Shown one piece after another: positions 1 through 12,916 of a stretch of DNA of 64,000 nucleotides. A model generated the notes under the pieces. The model was not told the origin of the DNA. It saw only the letters and a list, made by a program, of their open reading frames with translations, and did no database searches. The stretch comes from Tubulanus polymorphus. Taxonomy: Eukaryota > Animalia > Nemertea. A program made the position numbers and the translations under genes. The stretch is taken from positions 10,962,275-11,026,274 of the forward strand of contig NC_134032.1 of assembly GCF_964204645.1 (NCBI RefSeq), given 5' to 3'. Every line of letters begins with the position of its first letter. The stretch's first letter is position 1.

Positions 1-344
1 TTACTTCGTCCTGGAATAAAGAGAAAATTGCATCAAGTGGAAATTGTTCTATGAAATATCATAAGTATAGTAGTGATGACATGACAACACAGCAACACAC
101 ATAGCATTGAGGTAATGACCCGGAAGTTAGTCAGAAAGGAATTACCAGGCATCTTTTGAATGGGGTATATCTGATAAATAATAAGTTCAAGCTCAAGATG
201 ATGAGGGTTTAGTTTGAATTCAGCTACAGGAAAATAAAAATTTGAAAATAGAAGTAAGATACGTCCTCTAGATGGTCTACATATTGGGCAGCTAGCTGAG
301 TCCCCTGAAAATAATTAACACCTTCATAGTTCTAACATGGACTC

Positions 345-3170
345 TGCAGGATAGAAGCGATTGAAAATTCACCTTCACTGATTGATGTAGTTCTATGGTG
401 TTTAATTCTGGTGGAATGAATTAAAATTCTCCACTGTTTCTAGCGCAGAAGTAATTCATTCTATGTGTTGAGCTGGATGATAAAAAAAGAAAGGCTTTTT
501 TTCAGGAAATGACTTTATACATTTACAGTCTAACAGCTGCTATAGTAAAGAGACTGGAATCTGTAGACATATTTACCTGTACTTGTTCTGAAGTGTGACT
601 TTCTAAAAGCGATATCCATCATTTACAAATGTTCGGGGAATTCACAATGATTACTGTTCACAGATTTGTCAAAGGTTCCAATTATTTTTCTTCCTTTCAG
701 CTTTATTCTGTCAATAGAGAATTGATTTTTGCGGAATAAAGAAACATGTCGTGTGAGTTTGCTATTCAGAAAATTACCATCTTTCATACTTGTTTTGATT
801 ACTGTAGTATATCGTCCACAGTATTTTCCAGTAAAATTGATCACACATGAAAATAATGTACGGAGTAACTAATTGTAAGGTTATTATCAAATTAGAGGAA
901 AACTCACCCTTTCAAAACTATGGGATGAATTAAGTTTCCATTTTGACTATGCAGACAATTTTAGGCAGGATTTCACCTCTAAGAGCCATATTGCCATGCA
1001 ATTAAGAGCACAGATGATTTCCTGAAAAAAAATGAACGTATAATTGTTGAACCGTACAGTATAACAAGTGAGCACTAGGTTGAATTGTTTAGAGAATATT
1101 ACTTAGTTTCTTTTTTTAAACGAATGATAGCTGTTTCAGCAACTTCTTCACTCATTGACGGTGAATATTCTTTTGGTCTTTACACCTGCAATTCGTGTTG
1201 GATGCATCGCATTCTGGAAGGAGAAAATTATGCCAAAACATGATTATTAGTGTGATGAATAGAATTTGCAGATTGTTTGCGTTCGATTGACAGAAAACCC
1301 ACCAGATGTTTGAGTATAGTTTATCACAATGTGTTGAGTGTATACAGATTTCTGAGGGGGTCTGATGGTGGCTATCGACTGTCCTCTAGGAAAGCATTGA
1401 TACCTGCTGACATTGACCGATCAAAAACCAACCATTTTCCTGACTTTATTCGAAGATACATCTATTGAATCTATTGATAACAGACAAATGTTAAATATAG
1501 TTATAAACTGATAAATCACCACAAATTACTGCGATAAATCAATAGAAAACTCACCGCTTATGAATTGTATCTGATTCTAGAGCGCAAGGTTTACTGTTTG
1601 AACATTGCTAAGGTTCAACTTCATTTTGGCCCCTAAAATACAAATGCTGTATAGACGTATCTCACCCCTGAAAATGTATATATGCATGAGGAACATGAAC
1701 ACCTTGATGATGTTATCTTTGACCAGGATATTGAAAATTCACCTTCACTGATTAATTTAGTACCATTGTGTTTAATTCTGGTAAAACGATTTCAAGTTCT
1801 CAACTGTTTCTATAGCTCAGAAGTAATTCATTCTATTGAACTGGACGGCCATAAAAGAAAAGATTTGTTTAGGAAATGGCGTCATACATTTACAGTCAAA
1901 ACAAACTAGTATAGAGACTGAAATGCGCAGAGATAATTACCGGTACTTGTTCTGGGGTGTGACTATCTAAAAGCGATGTCCATGAAAATGTTCGGTGAAT
2001 TCGAAATGTTTACTGTTTGCAGATTTGTCAAGGGTTCCGTTGATTTCTGGTCCTAAATGTAGGAATGTTAAAAATTGTCAGTTAAATTGCTACGAAGTAA
2101 GCCTAGCAGCTGCAAATTGAGACTCACATCTTGCATCTGACTTTTTTGCAGAAATCTTAGGCTGTGTGTGAGGAGGATCTTCATCAAGTTGATCTTAAGC
2201 GTAGATTCTTGTGCTGTGTAGATTTCATTCTGTAAAGAGAAAATTGATTTGTGGAATAAAGAGATATCACGTGTGAGTCTGCTATTCAGAAAATTACTAT
2301 TTATCTTACTTGTTTCGATTATTGTAGCAGCTTGAGTAGAATTGATTGGGTATTCAGCAGCTGCATTTCTAAAAGCATTCGAGAAATTCACACATAAAAC
2401 TTTATTGAATGATTAATTGTTAGGTCATTTTCAAATTAGAAAACTCACCAGTTCCAATATTTCGGATGAGTTAAGTGCCGTTTTGACCCTGCAGACAATT
2501 GACAGCAGTATTTCACTTCCTATAGCCATAATGTCATAATGTTAGGAGCATTGATGATTTCCTGAAGAAAATGAACACATAGAAAATTTAACCCTTCAGT
2601 TAAAACAAGGGAGTACATGGTAGAATTGTGTTTAGAAAATTACTTAGTTTCTTTAAGAAAATAAGAGCAGTTTCAGGAACGAGCTTCTTCATTATTTGAT
2701 AGGCTGAACATTCTTGATTTTTACAGCTGCAATTTGTGTTTGGTGCATCGCATTCTGGAAAGAGAAAATTATGCCAGGAAATGATTAGTAAAATAGATAG
2801 AATTTGCAGCTTGTTTGTGTTCGATTGACAGAAAACCCACTAGGTTTTTGAGTAGTCTATGACAATGTGTTGAGTGTATGCAGATTTCTGAGGGGTCTGA
2901 TGGCAGCTTTAGACAGTCATGTACGAAAGCATTGATACCTGCTGACATCGACCGATCAAACCATTTTCCTGACTCCTGTCTCCTGACTTGATTTGAAGAT
3001 GAATCTACTGAAACCGGACAAAAAGAAATAGTTTTTAGTTGATAAATCATCAAAAATTACTGGAATAAATGAATAGAAAACTCACCAAATCTGACAGAGC
3101 GCGATATTTATTGTTTGGGATTTGTTGAGGTTCAGCTTCAATTTAGTCCCTAAAATAGAATTGTTGAATA
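345..3170 (-). pseudogene. Degenerate tandem duplication (copy A ~345-1655, copy B ~1724-3170) of exon-like blocks; probable gene relic of unknown family
   Basis: Collinear similarity, e.g. ttgaaaattcaccttcactgatt at 361/1731, gctattcagaaaattac at 761/2281, gcattgatacctgctgacat at ~1394/2928. Minus-strand GTGAG donors and TTCAG/TTTAG acceptors sit at matching positions in both copies. The frames contain stops and indels. Confidence 0.45.
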
Positions 3171-3739
3171 GAAGCATACATAGGTTGTTCTAGAATAAGA
3201 GCAGTTTCAAATTAAATCAATAACTCACGATTTTTCTCAGTTTTGTAGGGTATATTTCATGTTGAGACGCAGAATTCGTAGATATCCAAAATTCCTATTG
3301 CCCTGTCCACTACAAACGTGGATGAAAAACATAAGGCCCTCTACAATCTCAATTTTGTTCTGGACATGATTGAAAACTCACCACGAATTGATAGAATAAT
3401 TTATCTCTTGATGAATATTCGTGCAGTTGCTGCTGCTGTAGAAATTTATAACTAACCTTCAAATAGAAAATTCTATTGCGTGTATTTCATTCTGAAAAGA
3501 AAAAGAAACCATCATCAGTGACAATAGAGCAACCAGTAACATCTCAAAGTTAGCAATCAATCAGAAAGTATAGCATTTCTCTAGAGTTAACTGCTGTAGA
3601 TATCAGACTGATTGAACAGTTACAGATGTAACATCGAGTGCAGATACGGAGTACAGGTCACTGCACGAACTTCAGTGATTTGTTTTCATATCTTCCGCCG
3701 TCCGTCCGACTAAAACATCGTAACAGTTCAACTCACCTA

Positions 3740-4015
3740 ACCTCCCTACCCGACCCTCCCTCATCCCATCCCTCCCGCCCTCCCTCGCCCCATCCCTCCC
3801 GCCCTCCCTCTCCCCTTCCCTCCCACCCTTCCAGACCCCTTCCCTCCCACCCTCCCAGACCCCTTCCCTCCCGCCCTCCCTCACCCCTTCCCTCCCACCC
3901 TCCCTCACCCCACCTCTCCCACCCTCCCTCACCCCACCCCTCCCACCCTCCATCCCCTTCCCTACTGCCCTCCCGCCTAGCCCTCCCTCAATGCCTTCCC
4001 TCCTAGCCCTCCCAT
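3740..4015. repeat. C-rich 12/24-bp minisatellite (ccctcccaccctccctcacccctt)
   Basis: Direct inspection; explains the spurious Pro/Ser and Gly/Arg ORFs here. Confidence 0.9.
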
Positions 4016-5289
4016 CTGGCCTCATGTCCCCACAAAAGCCTCATCAACTCTTTCTCCTCTGACATCACTAAACTCTACAATAACTTCAAAACGATTCGCC
4101 ATTTTTCACAATCATAGGAAATTCATTAACAATTCGATATCCTTAATCGATTGCATCATTTACGAGACTCGGAGATGGAAACGTACAAAGGATCTCTTTA
4201 TCGAGGAATTCATTCAAATTATTCCTTTCCATTATTTCTTCGTACAACTCCAATCAGTTTCTTTAATCATTGAATCAATTTCAAGTTTCTGTTTACTGAT
4301 AAGATTTTCACGGGACGAGTTTGAGTTGTAGAGGCGTTTATCTGCGGATTATCAAACCAAACCTAAGAAACTCAACAATGTTGTAAGGTATGTAGGTGTA
4401 ATATGGGTTCACCTGAACCATCGACCAACTGACAATGCTTTGAGGAGGGCTAACACAAACCAACGACCAGAATGACGGCTGATTCAGATAGATCCAAACA
4501 AATAAGGCTATTTATATTGCTTCACGAATTCAACATGTCATCACTCACATTATGAAACCATTAGGGACAGTTGATAGTCAGATTAAACATCTCCAGACCT
4601 TCTACTAGAGGCTTTACAACAGCAAGTTTTTTTTCATGGAATCCTATTCATGATATTTACTAATTAATGCAAAATGTTTGATTTTTACACTTAAACCCTG
4701 CGGAACAAATTAAAATCCAGCCATATTTCATTACCTGCCATTTTACTTTTTTTACTCTTTGTTGCGAACATTTTAAAACACAGAGAAGTTTTCTCTGATA
4801 TTAAGTGCTTTCTGTTTTTGAGTCGAGGTAGGAATAGACCCCTGCCCGCTCGCTAAGCCAGCAGGACACTAAACCTTCGAATTGCTCTCAGACCCCACTC
4901 TTTATATCAGCATTTTATGCCGTTCTATTTTATGACAGAAGCTTACACGTTCGCTTTATTTCTTTTTCTTTTCATATGGCTTTCGTTTTTTTTTAAATGG
5001 CTTTTCTTATTTATCGGCTCACTGGCACTCGTCAGTTCCGACTGGGATCAAGTGTTATCTCACGTGTAAATCAAGACAAATAATAGTCAGTGACACTAAC
5101 ATAAATATGTTAGTTGATTTAGAGAATGCCACCAAGTTGCTAATAAAACCACTAGTAGAAGCACTGATATAAAAAACATATGATTCTTTCCTTTACGACG
5201 TCACTTATAGTTCCACGTAAATCATTTCATTCTCAAACTTAGATATATAAATATGTTTCTATAGAATCTTATAGCTTTTTAGACCTTTC

Positions 5290-5620
5290 ATTCATAGCCG
5301 TGGTTTGGTGATCATGGACTCAAAGTTTGGTTGATGACCCTGGTTCGGTGATCATAGAGTCAAAATTTAGTTCATGGCCCTGGTTTGGGGACCATAGACT
5401 TTGAGCTGGAGACCTAGAGGCAGAGTTTGCTTCATGGCCACGATTTGGGGAATGGAGAGTTGTTTGGTCACCACGGAGGCTACTGAAAATTTGGTTTTGA
5501 GTTTTGGACCATATAGGTTAAATTTCGTTCGTGGCTTTGGTTTGATAATCCGAGAATAAGGTTGACTCATAGCCCTCATAAAAGATAAATTAGTTTCATG
5601 GCCCTGGTTTGGTAACTATA
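5290..5620. repeat. Degenerate tandem repeat (ttcatggccctggtttggtgaccatagact-like units)
   Basis: About 6 diverged copies visible. Confidence 0.6.
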
Positions 5621-6419
5621 CAAAGGTATAGATAGGAGGAATTTTCAAAATATACATAGATTAATATCCGCATCTACAGTATACAATCATCTTGAAGTAA
5701 AAAATGACGTAATCAAAAACTGACGGTTCAGTCGGCAGTGGCGAGCACCAAAGGTTTCGGGTCCTCTCCAAGAATAATTCAGAATTTCCATACATTACAC
5801 GGGGAGCAGTTGACAATAAAATGATCACTGCTGAGCACAACATAATATTGAGCGTCGTATGTTTTGAAAAGGAGCATTGGACTATGGAGACACGGCCATC
5901 CGCACGTGATCACATGAATGAAGTGAAATAAATATATACACTGAAAAGGTTCAAAATCTGTGTAATAATCAATTAATGATATCTCAGAAATAAGTCACTA
6001 ATAAAGTAATGACATAATGCACTAATTAGACAATTCTACAATGATGCATCGAACAAAGTCTAAGCTACGTGATCTGACTAACTGATCACTGATCAAATCT
6101 ACAGTAGAATATTAACTGCGGAGTATGAAGTAACCTTCATAAACTGATATGATTATGAAAAATGGCAAATATGAGTACTGTAACTGTCAATAATCATAAG
6201 TATTGTAAGTAAACATACGTGAAAATATACACAATTCCCTTATTATTATCAAGTGGAGTTTATGAAAAAAAATGAACGCGTTTCCTACAATTCCTATTAC
6301 AAGTAAATCGTAAAGAATTTAATCAATCGAGGATTCTCAAAAACTTTATACGGAAATAATCCTATACTCTGTAACTACGATATATGGGTTTTGTCAAAAT
6401 GGCAACGAAAAATAACTAT

Positions 6420-6695
6420 CACCACCCAACCTACCACCCACCGAGATCCAACACCACTACCCCACCACCCAGCCCCTACACTCCCACCCACCTAGACCTC
6501 CCCCAGCCCTACCACAGCCCCGCCCTCCCTCAAACGAATCCCTCCCACCCTCCCTCACCCCTTCCCTCCCACCCTCCCTCACCCCATCCCTCCCACCCTC
6601 CCTCACCCCATCCCTCCCACCCTCCCTCATCCCTTCCCTCCCACCCTCCCTCTACCCCTACCTCCCCCCGACCCTACCCACCCTCCCCAAACCCC
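6420..6695. repeat. Second C-rich minisatellite of the same 24-bp family
   Basis: Same unit repeated at 6540-6650. Confidence 0.9.
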
Positions 6696-7240
6696 AAGGT
6701 TAGGCGAGTTGCAATGTTACGATGTTTTAGTCACATGGACGTAAGATAAGAGAACAAATCACTGAAGTAATGCAGTAATCTGTACTCTGTATCCGCACAC
6801 GATGTTACATGTACCTATAACTGTTCAATCAGTCTGATATCTACAGCAGTGAAATGTACAGAAATCCTAACTTAAAAAAAGATACACATCTGATTGTCAG
6901 AAAGGACCACAGTGTTGTGTCATTGATATCAGGGACCAGTTTCATATCGATAATGAATAAAATTTGAGTTGATAACAGTAGGAAACCTGTACATCCGCTT
7001 TACCAACCTTATAGAGAGACAAACTAACCCGACATGAACTATGCCTAAATAAACACAGATATCGGTAGGGGAAGTTTGAATTTTGGAATTTTGAGGGGAT
7101 TGAATGGATATATAAATGCAACAGCTCACTGTAATTTCATTTCAAAACATGGTTAATCACTATGAAACTGGTCCCTTTAATCAAATCAACAACTGGTAAA
7201 AAATCATTATTAAATGGTACTTATCTTGAATTTCGAGTTA

Positions 7241-7719
7241 GTGATTCCTGATGTCCTGTGCTGAATCCAAGAAAGTCTCATTGTAAAACAGTGATTCCTG
7301 ATGTCCTGTGCTGAATCCAAGGAAGTCTCATTGTAAAACAGTGATTCCTGATGTCCTGTGCTGAATCCAAGAAAGTCTCATTGTAAAACAGTGATTCCTG
7401 ACGTCCTGTGCTGAATCCAAGTAAGTCTCATTGTAAAACAGTGATTCCTGATGTCCTGTGCTGAATCCAAGAAAGTCTCATTGTAAAACAGTGATTCCTG
7501 ATGTCCTGTGCTGAATCCAAGAAAGTCTTATTGTAAAACAGTGATTCCTGATGTCCTGTGCTGAATCCAAGAAAGTCTTATTGTGAAACAGTGATTTCTG
7601 ATGTCCTGTGCTGAATCCAAGAAAGTCTTATTGTGAAACAGTGATTCCTGATGTCCTATGCTGCATTCAAGAAAGTCTTACAAAACAGTGATTCCTTGTT
7701 GTCATGTGCTAATTCCAAG
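7241..7719. repeat. 50-bp minisatellite, 9 near-identical units plus a degenerate 10th
   Basis: gtgattcctgatgtcctgtgctgaatccaagaaagtctcattgtaaaaca starts at 7241, 7291 ... 7641, with no spacers. Confidence 0.97.
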
Positions 7720-8913
7720 CTTCCAAAGGACCTATAATAGACAAATATAAGGTTGTTTCTCTCCCTAGAAATAACTGCAGAATCATCAAATCAAATATTC
7801 AAACTTACATATTCAGTGTTCACCCAAATCTTAGTTCATTCATTCAGGAGGCTTTTCTATCTGCGGTCTAGGTTTTACATTCACAGTTGAACATGAAATA
7901 TACATAAAGGAATGTTCAAGGAATAAAAACAGAATGAATCAATTCACAGGGAAGCACAGGAACACAACTTCAAATTTTAAAGAATCATTTTCGGAATTAG
8001 ATTACAACGCGGCGAGGCGACGCCCATGATATCTGAGGTGAATTATATTTGCACCATTTTAACCCATGTTATAAACACTTACCGAATTTTGATATACTGA
8101 ATTCTGGGGTGCGAAGGGAGGCTGGTTATGTTTGGAATAAGGTGGGATTTTTGCATGTTCATGTTTTATGTTGGAGACCGCCATTTTCTTGTGCGCTGAA
8201 TTAAGGTCAAACCAGTGGACACAATGACCACATACGTCATAATATCCCGGATTCGCGCGTCGCGCATGTCAGAAGTTTACAACGTCGATATTGAGGCTAG
8301 GTTTTTGTTCTTTTGCTATTTCTTAAGTAAGAATTCCACATAATATTCAAAGGATTTATTCTCAGCTGTTTTAACCTATAAATCATCAGTTTTTTGCATA
8401 AAATGACTCTAAGTCCATGATTTCAGTTTCTATCGCTAGACTGTCGTGGCAGCCCCGATGCCATTAGGTTCGAATCCCTGCAGGGTAAGATGGCACAGGC
8501 GTTTTTGAATGACTGACTGTCAAATGACTTCAGCGTTGATTAACTTGTCCTTGATTTTTTATCCTGAAATACAGAATTGTCCCTCTTATTCATTAGATAG
8601 ATTTCATGCGACTTTGTTTGGTGTCCCTTACAAACCCATCGCACTTGCCGAAAACATAACAGAGGTATTGTATTGTGAAATTGGAAATCGAAGTAGAGAT
8701 ACGTAGACAGCGTCTCGAGTAAGACGGTTAAATAATTTGACAAAGGCAACAAATGAAGTGTGACAAATACATTAATTTTAAAAGACTTATTAATCATTCC
8801 AACATTACGCAAAGCGAATATCAATAAATCTACTGTTGTTTTGGATATTCCTTACAAATGTTTCTTTTCAATTTTGATTAAAAACGTATTTTCTTAAGTA
8901 CGATCGTCTTCAA

Positions 8914-9954
8914 TCAACGCGTGATTCGACTCCGGCGTCTGCTTCTTCGTCGCGGGCAATCTTTGAATGCGAGCGACCGGAATTTTTTACTAGACAAACT
9001 GTATACAAAGAAATTAACTGACGAATCAAGCTGAACAAACAGGGACGCCACATGATAGAAATTAACATTTGGGATAAAACCACTGAACTTGAAAAATTGA
9101 TTAAGTAACTTGTGCACGGCCATTGGCATTTCGAGTAAAGCGAAAGTCGCTACAACTGCAATCGCCAGTAAAACAGCTTGATTATCATTAACTTTTAGAG
9201 TGCTCATTTGAGAGCGTCTATTAGACGCAGTGTACAGTGAAAATACTAGAATTGTATTTGCAAGAGCTATTCCGAAAAATGATACAAATACGCCTAATAA
9301 GTGTATCAAGTTAAGCGTCTTTAGAATTTTGGTTGGGCGACTGACCGCGGTCAAAAGATCTCCTCTAAACGGGCAAAGAACGCTAACCTTTTCAACATCT
9401 CTCGTAAAATACTGCCAGACTTGAGAAGCAAGACTCAGAATAACTATGAATAATAAGCAAATGTTACACGTCGATTTAGTGCAGATAATCCTAGATTTTA
9501 ATGGAAAGAACACAACAATTAATCGATCTAAACTGATTAACATTGTAAGTAGATTTCTAATCATTTTAGACATTTCTTGCATCAGGTTTGTATGACGGTT
9601 TAGAATAGGACCAACGAAACGGAGGTTGTCCAAGTAGTAAATGTTCCAGCCGTACGTAAGCATGCCGTCAAAATACCTTCCGGACTTTGAAACAGCTGTA
9701 CCCAATAGAAACATATTATCCGCTATCGTTAGCAGACGTAAAATGTAATACGTAGTTATCACGCTTTTAAAACGAAAAAGAACGAAATACGTGTAAATGT
9801 TAAGGAAAAATCCCGTAGTCCACACGACAGGTGAACAGTAAACATAAACAATTACCAAGTTGGCGATTTTCTCATTGAATGGACAATCTTTTTCAACTGT
9901 AGCATTTATCCATGACGCATTCCAGTCGCTAATCGTTAGTGCTTTCAGCAACAT
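8914..9954 (-). CDS. Intronless rhodopsin-class 7TM GPCR, FMRFamide/sex-peptide-receptor-like orphan (paralogue 1, 346 aa)
   Basis: TM1 GxxxN (GFFLN), TM2 LxxAD, TM3 SLDRLIVVFFP, TM6 FxLLExP, TM7/helix 8 DSSVNFFVYSLSSKKFR, N-terminal glycosylation sequons. Confidence 0.93.
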   Translation of the reverse strand: MLLKALTISDWNASWINATVEKDCPFNEKIANLVIVYVYCSPVVWTTGFFLNIYTYFVLFRFKSVITTYYILRLLTIADNMFLLGTAVSKSGRYFDGMLTYGWNIYYLDNLRFVGPILNRHTNLMQEMSKMIRNLLTMLISLDRLIVVFFPLKSRIICTKSTCNICLLFIVILSLASQVWQYFTRDVEKVSVLCPFRGDLLTAVSRPTKILKTLNLIHLLGVFVSFFGIALANTILVFSLYTASNRRSQMSTLKVNDNQAVLLAIAVVATFALLEMPMAVHKLLNQFFKFSGFIPNVNFYHVASLFVQLDSSVNFFVYSLSSKKFRSLAFKDCPRRRSRRRSRITR

Positions 9955-10214
9955 AGCGAGTGAGGAAACGTATACGTTACGAGTCCACGTCTCTGATTTG
10001 TTGATTTGAAGTTAATGAAATGATCAATGAATGCTTGCACACACGTTCTCACTAGGAATTTAACGCTTTTGATAAAGCTTGATGGTTAGATTAAGGTTGA
10101 TCATATCAAATCGATTTGTCGACACAGCGCATTTATTCAAAGCAACTTGTTCATCCATCTATTCAGACGTATATCACATTCCTTTATTATTTTGCTGAAG
10201 CCAATCTGATATAA

Positions 10215-10350
10215 TTCAAATATATACATATTTACAATCTGACAAAGACCGCTGTCAGCACATTTCCATTCATCAAGAATACACAACGTTTTCGACTAAA
10301 ACCACCAAGTACATTTAGTAATCCCTTGACCTAGTCCTGAGCTGAAAGTT
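10215..10350 (-). promoter_or_regulatory. Conserved upstream block of the GPCR paralogues (TATA-like element plus a second box); homologues at ~13142-13270 and ~15738-15885
   Basis: tcaaatatatacatatt and agtcc(t/c)gagctga(a/g)ag are shared at similar distances upstream of all three ATGs. Confidence 0.5.
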
Positions 10351-11899
10351 GTGCCACCACACTGCGTCAAACAGGGGTCGCGATATAGCACAGGCACTTA
10401 TAAAGATAACGTAATATTTTCTCAACAGATAATTGTCCGTTTAATTTTTCAGGTAACCGACTGGCATCGGTATCTGGGCCTCGGTATCATTTGATAATTT
10501 TTTTGTACGTGCAATAGAATTTAGTTATTTTGGTTTAGGGAAATTCATTCACAAAACAGTCAGAACATTTTGTTTTACAACGTCTTCATTTCTTCCTACA
10601 AGACAATATGTGTGGCGAGTTTCACACCAAACGTACAAAGGTGTCATCAGAAATTTTGCATTTTCTATTACGCAATAGCAAATTGCATTTGCCACGTTAT
10701 CTCAATGTTGTTGAGTCTTCTATCTCCATTTCTTTGGACGAAACAGTTTTTTTTTAATTTTGCATAAAATAAATACAGATCACATTATAATACGATCACA
10801 TTGTTTAAATCGTGAAATGAAAGTGCATGGATTAAAAGATTTATCTCTAAGGACATTTTAATCCATGAGTTCTTCACTTTTCCCATTAAAATCTCGGATT
10901 ATCTGCACTAAATCGACGTGTACGTTTGTTTTTTATTGATAGTTATTTTGAGTCTCGCTACTCAAGGCTGATTGTATATAGGTCAATGTTCTTTGCGCAT
11001 TCAAAGGAGTGCTTTTTAGCGGTTTTGTGTGCACTACGTCATCAAAACTAGCGTTTGAGAATAGCAATTTGTGAATTTTGCCCTTCATTTTGTAATTTGA
11101 TATATTTCATGACCTATTTCCCATTTGATAGTTTTGTATATCTTTTTGATGTAATTTTGAGTGGATGTTCCTACGTCATCAATATTCGAGCTAGGCTCGT
11201 TAGACTAGTTACCGATCAATTCAATTCAAATATCGATACATTCCAATTCAAGATGACTTTATTGACCCTTAATATTATATCAAATTATTCATTTTCGATA
11301 ATATATGGCAATAAATTTTTTCTTATCTTCAAGGTGTAAATAAACCTTCAAATTTATGTTATGATATGAATATCTGCACTTGATCTGCAATGTTTCTGCA
11401 CTTGATCTGCAATGATCTGCAATGGTCGTTTCTTTATCGATACGAGTACCAACCGTCCGAATAAATTACACCCAACAAAAACAAATAATTCTCAATTAAC
11501 ACGATATTCTAGTATTCTATCAGAAGCGTCAATTGGAAATATCTGTTGACAAAACATGTATCGTCTCGTTTCAAGAAATGAAAATAGGAAGATGTAAATA
11601 ACAACGATATATCGCTGGCAAATTTGCCAAAAACCAAAAAATGGTTTTCTGTGGTGTATTTGTAGAATAGTCAGACTCAGAGGAAGAGAATAGAGCATAT
11701 AATCAAAACTCTCTCCAGAGACAATCACCGAAACGTGGTGTCTTTTACTTTTAGATTTGATGGATAAATTTCGTCTTAGATCTTTTAAATTTGTATTGGG
11801 TATTTATTTACTAAGAACTGCGTATCCTAAACCAAAGACTATGTATTAAGAAAAGAAATTCATTTGGTTTTTTGAACACGATTTTATTCCGGCGTCTGC

Positions 11900-12916
11900 T
11901 CATTTCCCTCGCGGGCAACCTTTGAATGCGAGCGATCGGAATTGTTTACTAGATAAACAGTAAACAACGAAATTGACCGAGGAATCAAGCTGAACAAACA
12001 GAGACGCAACATAGTAGAAATTAAGATTTGGGATAAAACCTCTGAATTTGAAAAACTTAATAAGTAACTTGTGCACGGCCATTGGCATTTCGAGTAAAGC
12101 AAACGTTGTTACAACTGCTATCGCTAGTAAAACAGCTTGATTATCATTAATTTTTTGAGTGCTCATTTCGGAGCGTCTTTTAGACGCTATATACAGTGAG
12201 AATATTAGAATTGTATTTGCAAGAGCTATTCCGAAAAATGGTACAAATACGCCTAATATGAGTATCAGGTTAAGTGTTTTTTGAAGTCGGGCAGTGCGTC
12301 TCACCGTGGTCCAAAGATTTCCTCTAAACGGGCAAATAACACTAACCTTTTCAAAATCATAAGTGAAATACTGCCAGCCTTGAGAAGCAAGACTCAGAAT
12401 AACTATCAATGATAAACAAATGTTACACGTCGATTTAGTGCAGATAATCCTAGATTTTAATGGAAAGAACACAACAATTAATCGTTCTAAACTGATCAAC
12501 ATTGTAAGAAGATTTCTAATCATTTTAGAAATATCCTGCACCACGTTCGTGTGGCTGTAGAGAATAGGACCAATGAAACTGGCGCTGTCCAAATAATAGA
12601 TGTTCGGGCCGTACGTAAGCATGCTGTCGAAGTACACTCCGGACTTGGAAACGGCTGTACCCAATAGAAACATATTATCCGCTATCGTTAGCAGGCGCAA
12701 AATGTAATACGTGGTTATTACACTTTTAAAACGGAAGAGAATGAAATACGTGTAAACATTAAGGAAGAATCCCGTAGTCCACACTACAGGTGAACAGTAA
12801 ACATAAACAATTACTATGTTGGCGATTTTCTTATTGAATGGACAATCTTTTTCAACTGTAGCGTTAAGCCAAGACGCATTCCTGCCGTCACTAATCGTTG
12901 GTGTTTTCAGCAACAT
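11900..12916 (-). CDS. Intronless rhodopsin-class GPCR (paralogue 2, 338 aa)
   Basis: Same motifs (SLERLIVV, DSSVNFVVYCLSSKQFR); highly similar to its neighbours. Confidence 0.93.
   Translation of the reverse strand: MLLKTPTISDGRNASWLNATVEKDCPFNKKIANIVIVYVYCSPVVWTTGFFLNVYTYFILFRFKSVITTYYILRLLTIADNMFLLGTAVSKSGVYFDSMLTYGPNIYYLDSASFIGPILYSHTNVVQDISKMIRNLLTMLISLERLIVVFFPLKSRIICTKSTCNICLSLIVILSLASQGWQYFTYDFEKVSVICPFRGNLWTTVRRTARLQKTLNLILILGVFVPFFGIALANTILIFSLYIASKRRSEMSTQKINDNQAVLLAIAVVTTFALLEMPMAVHKLLIKFFKFRGFIPNLNFYYVASLFVQLDSSVNFVVYCLSSKQFRSLAFKGCPRGK

Larger units (their letters stand above)
3510..6930. repeat. Long imperfect inverted repeat (core arms 3590-3745 and 6695-6850), possibly a non-autonomous DNA element
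   Basis: actgctgtagatatcagactgattgaacagtta (3590) is the reverse complement of taactgttcaatcagtctgatatctacagcagt (~6818-6850). Weaker inverted similarity extends to ~4200 and ~6270. Confidence 0.75.

Noticed and set aside
3638-4025. Pro-rich and Gly/Arg-rich ORFs (also 6384-6749)
   Set aside because: These are translations of low-complexity C-rich repeats.
7241-7719. CRISPR-like array
   Set aside because: Units are contiguous with no unique spacers, there are no cas genes and the context is eukaryotic.
8445-8490. tRNA or SINE (GGTTCGAATCC box B); similar motifs at ~16400-16432
   Set aside because: No cloverleaf or convincing box A; at most decayed SINE fragments.
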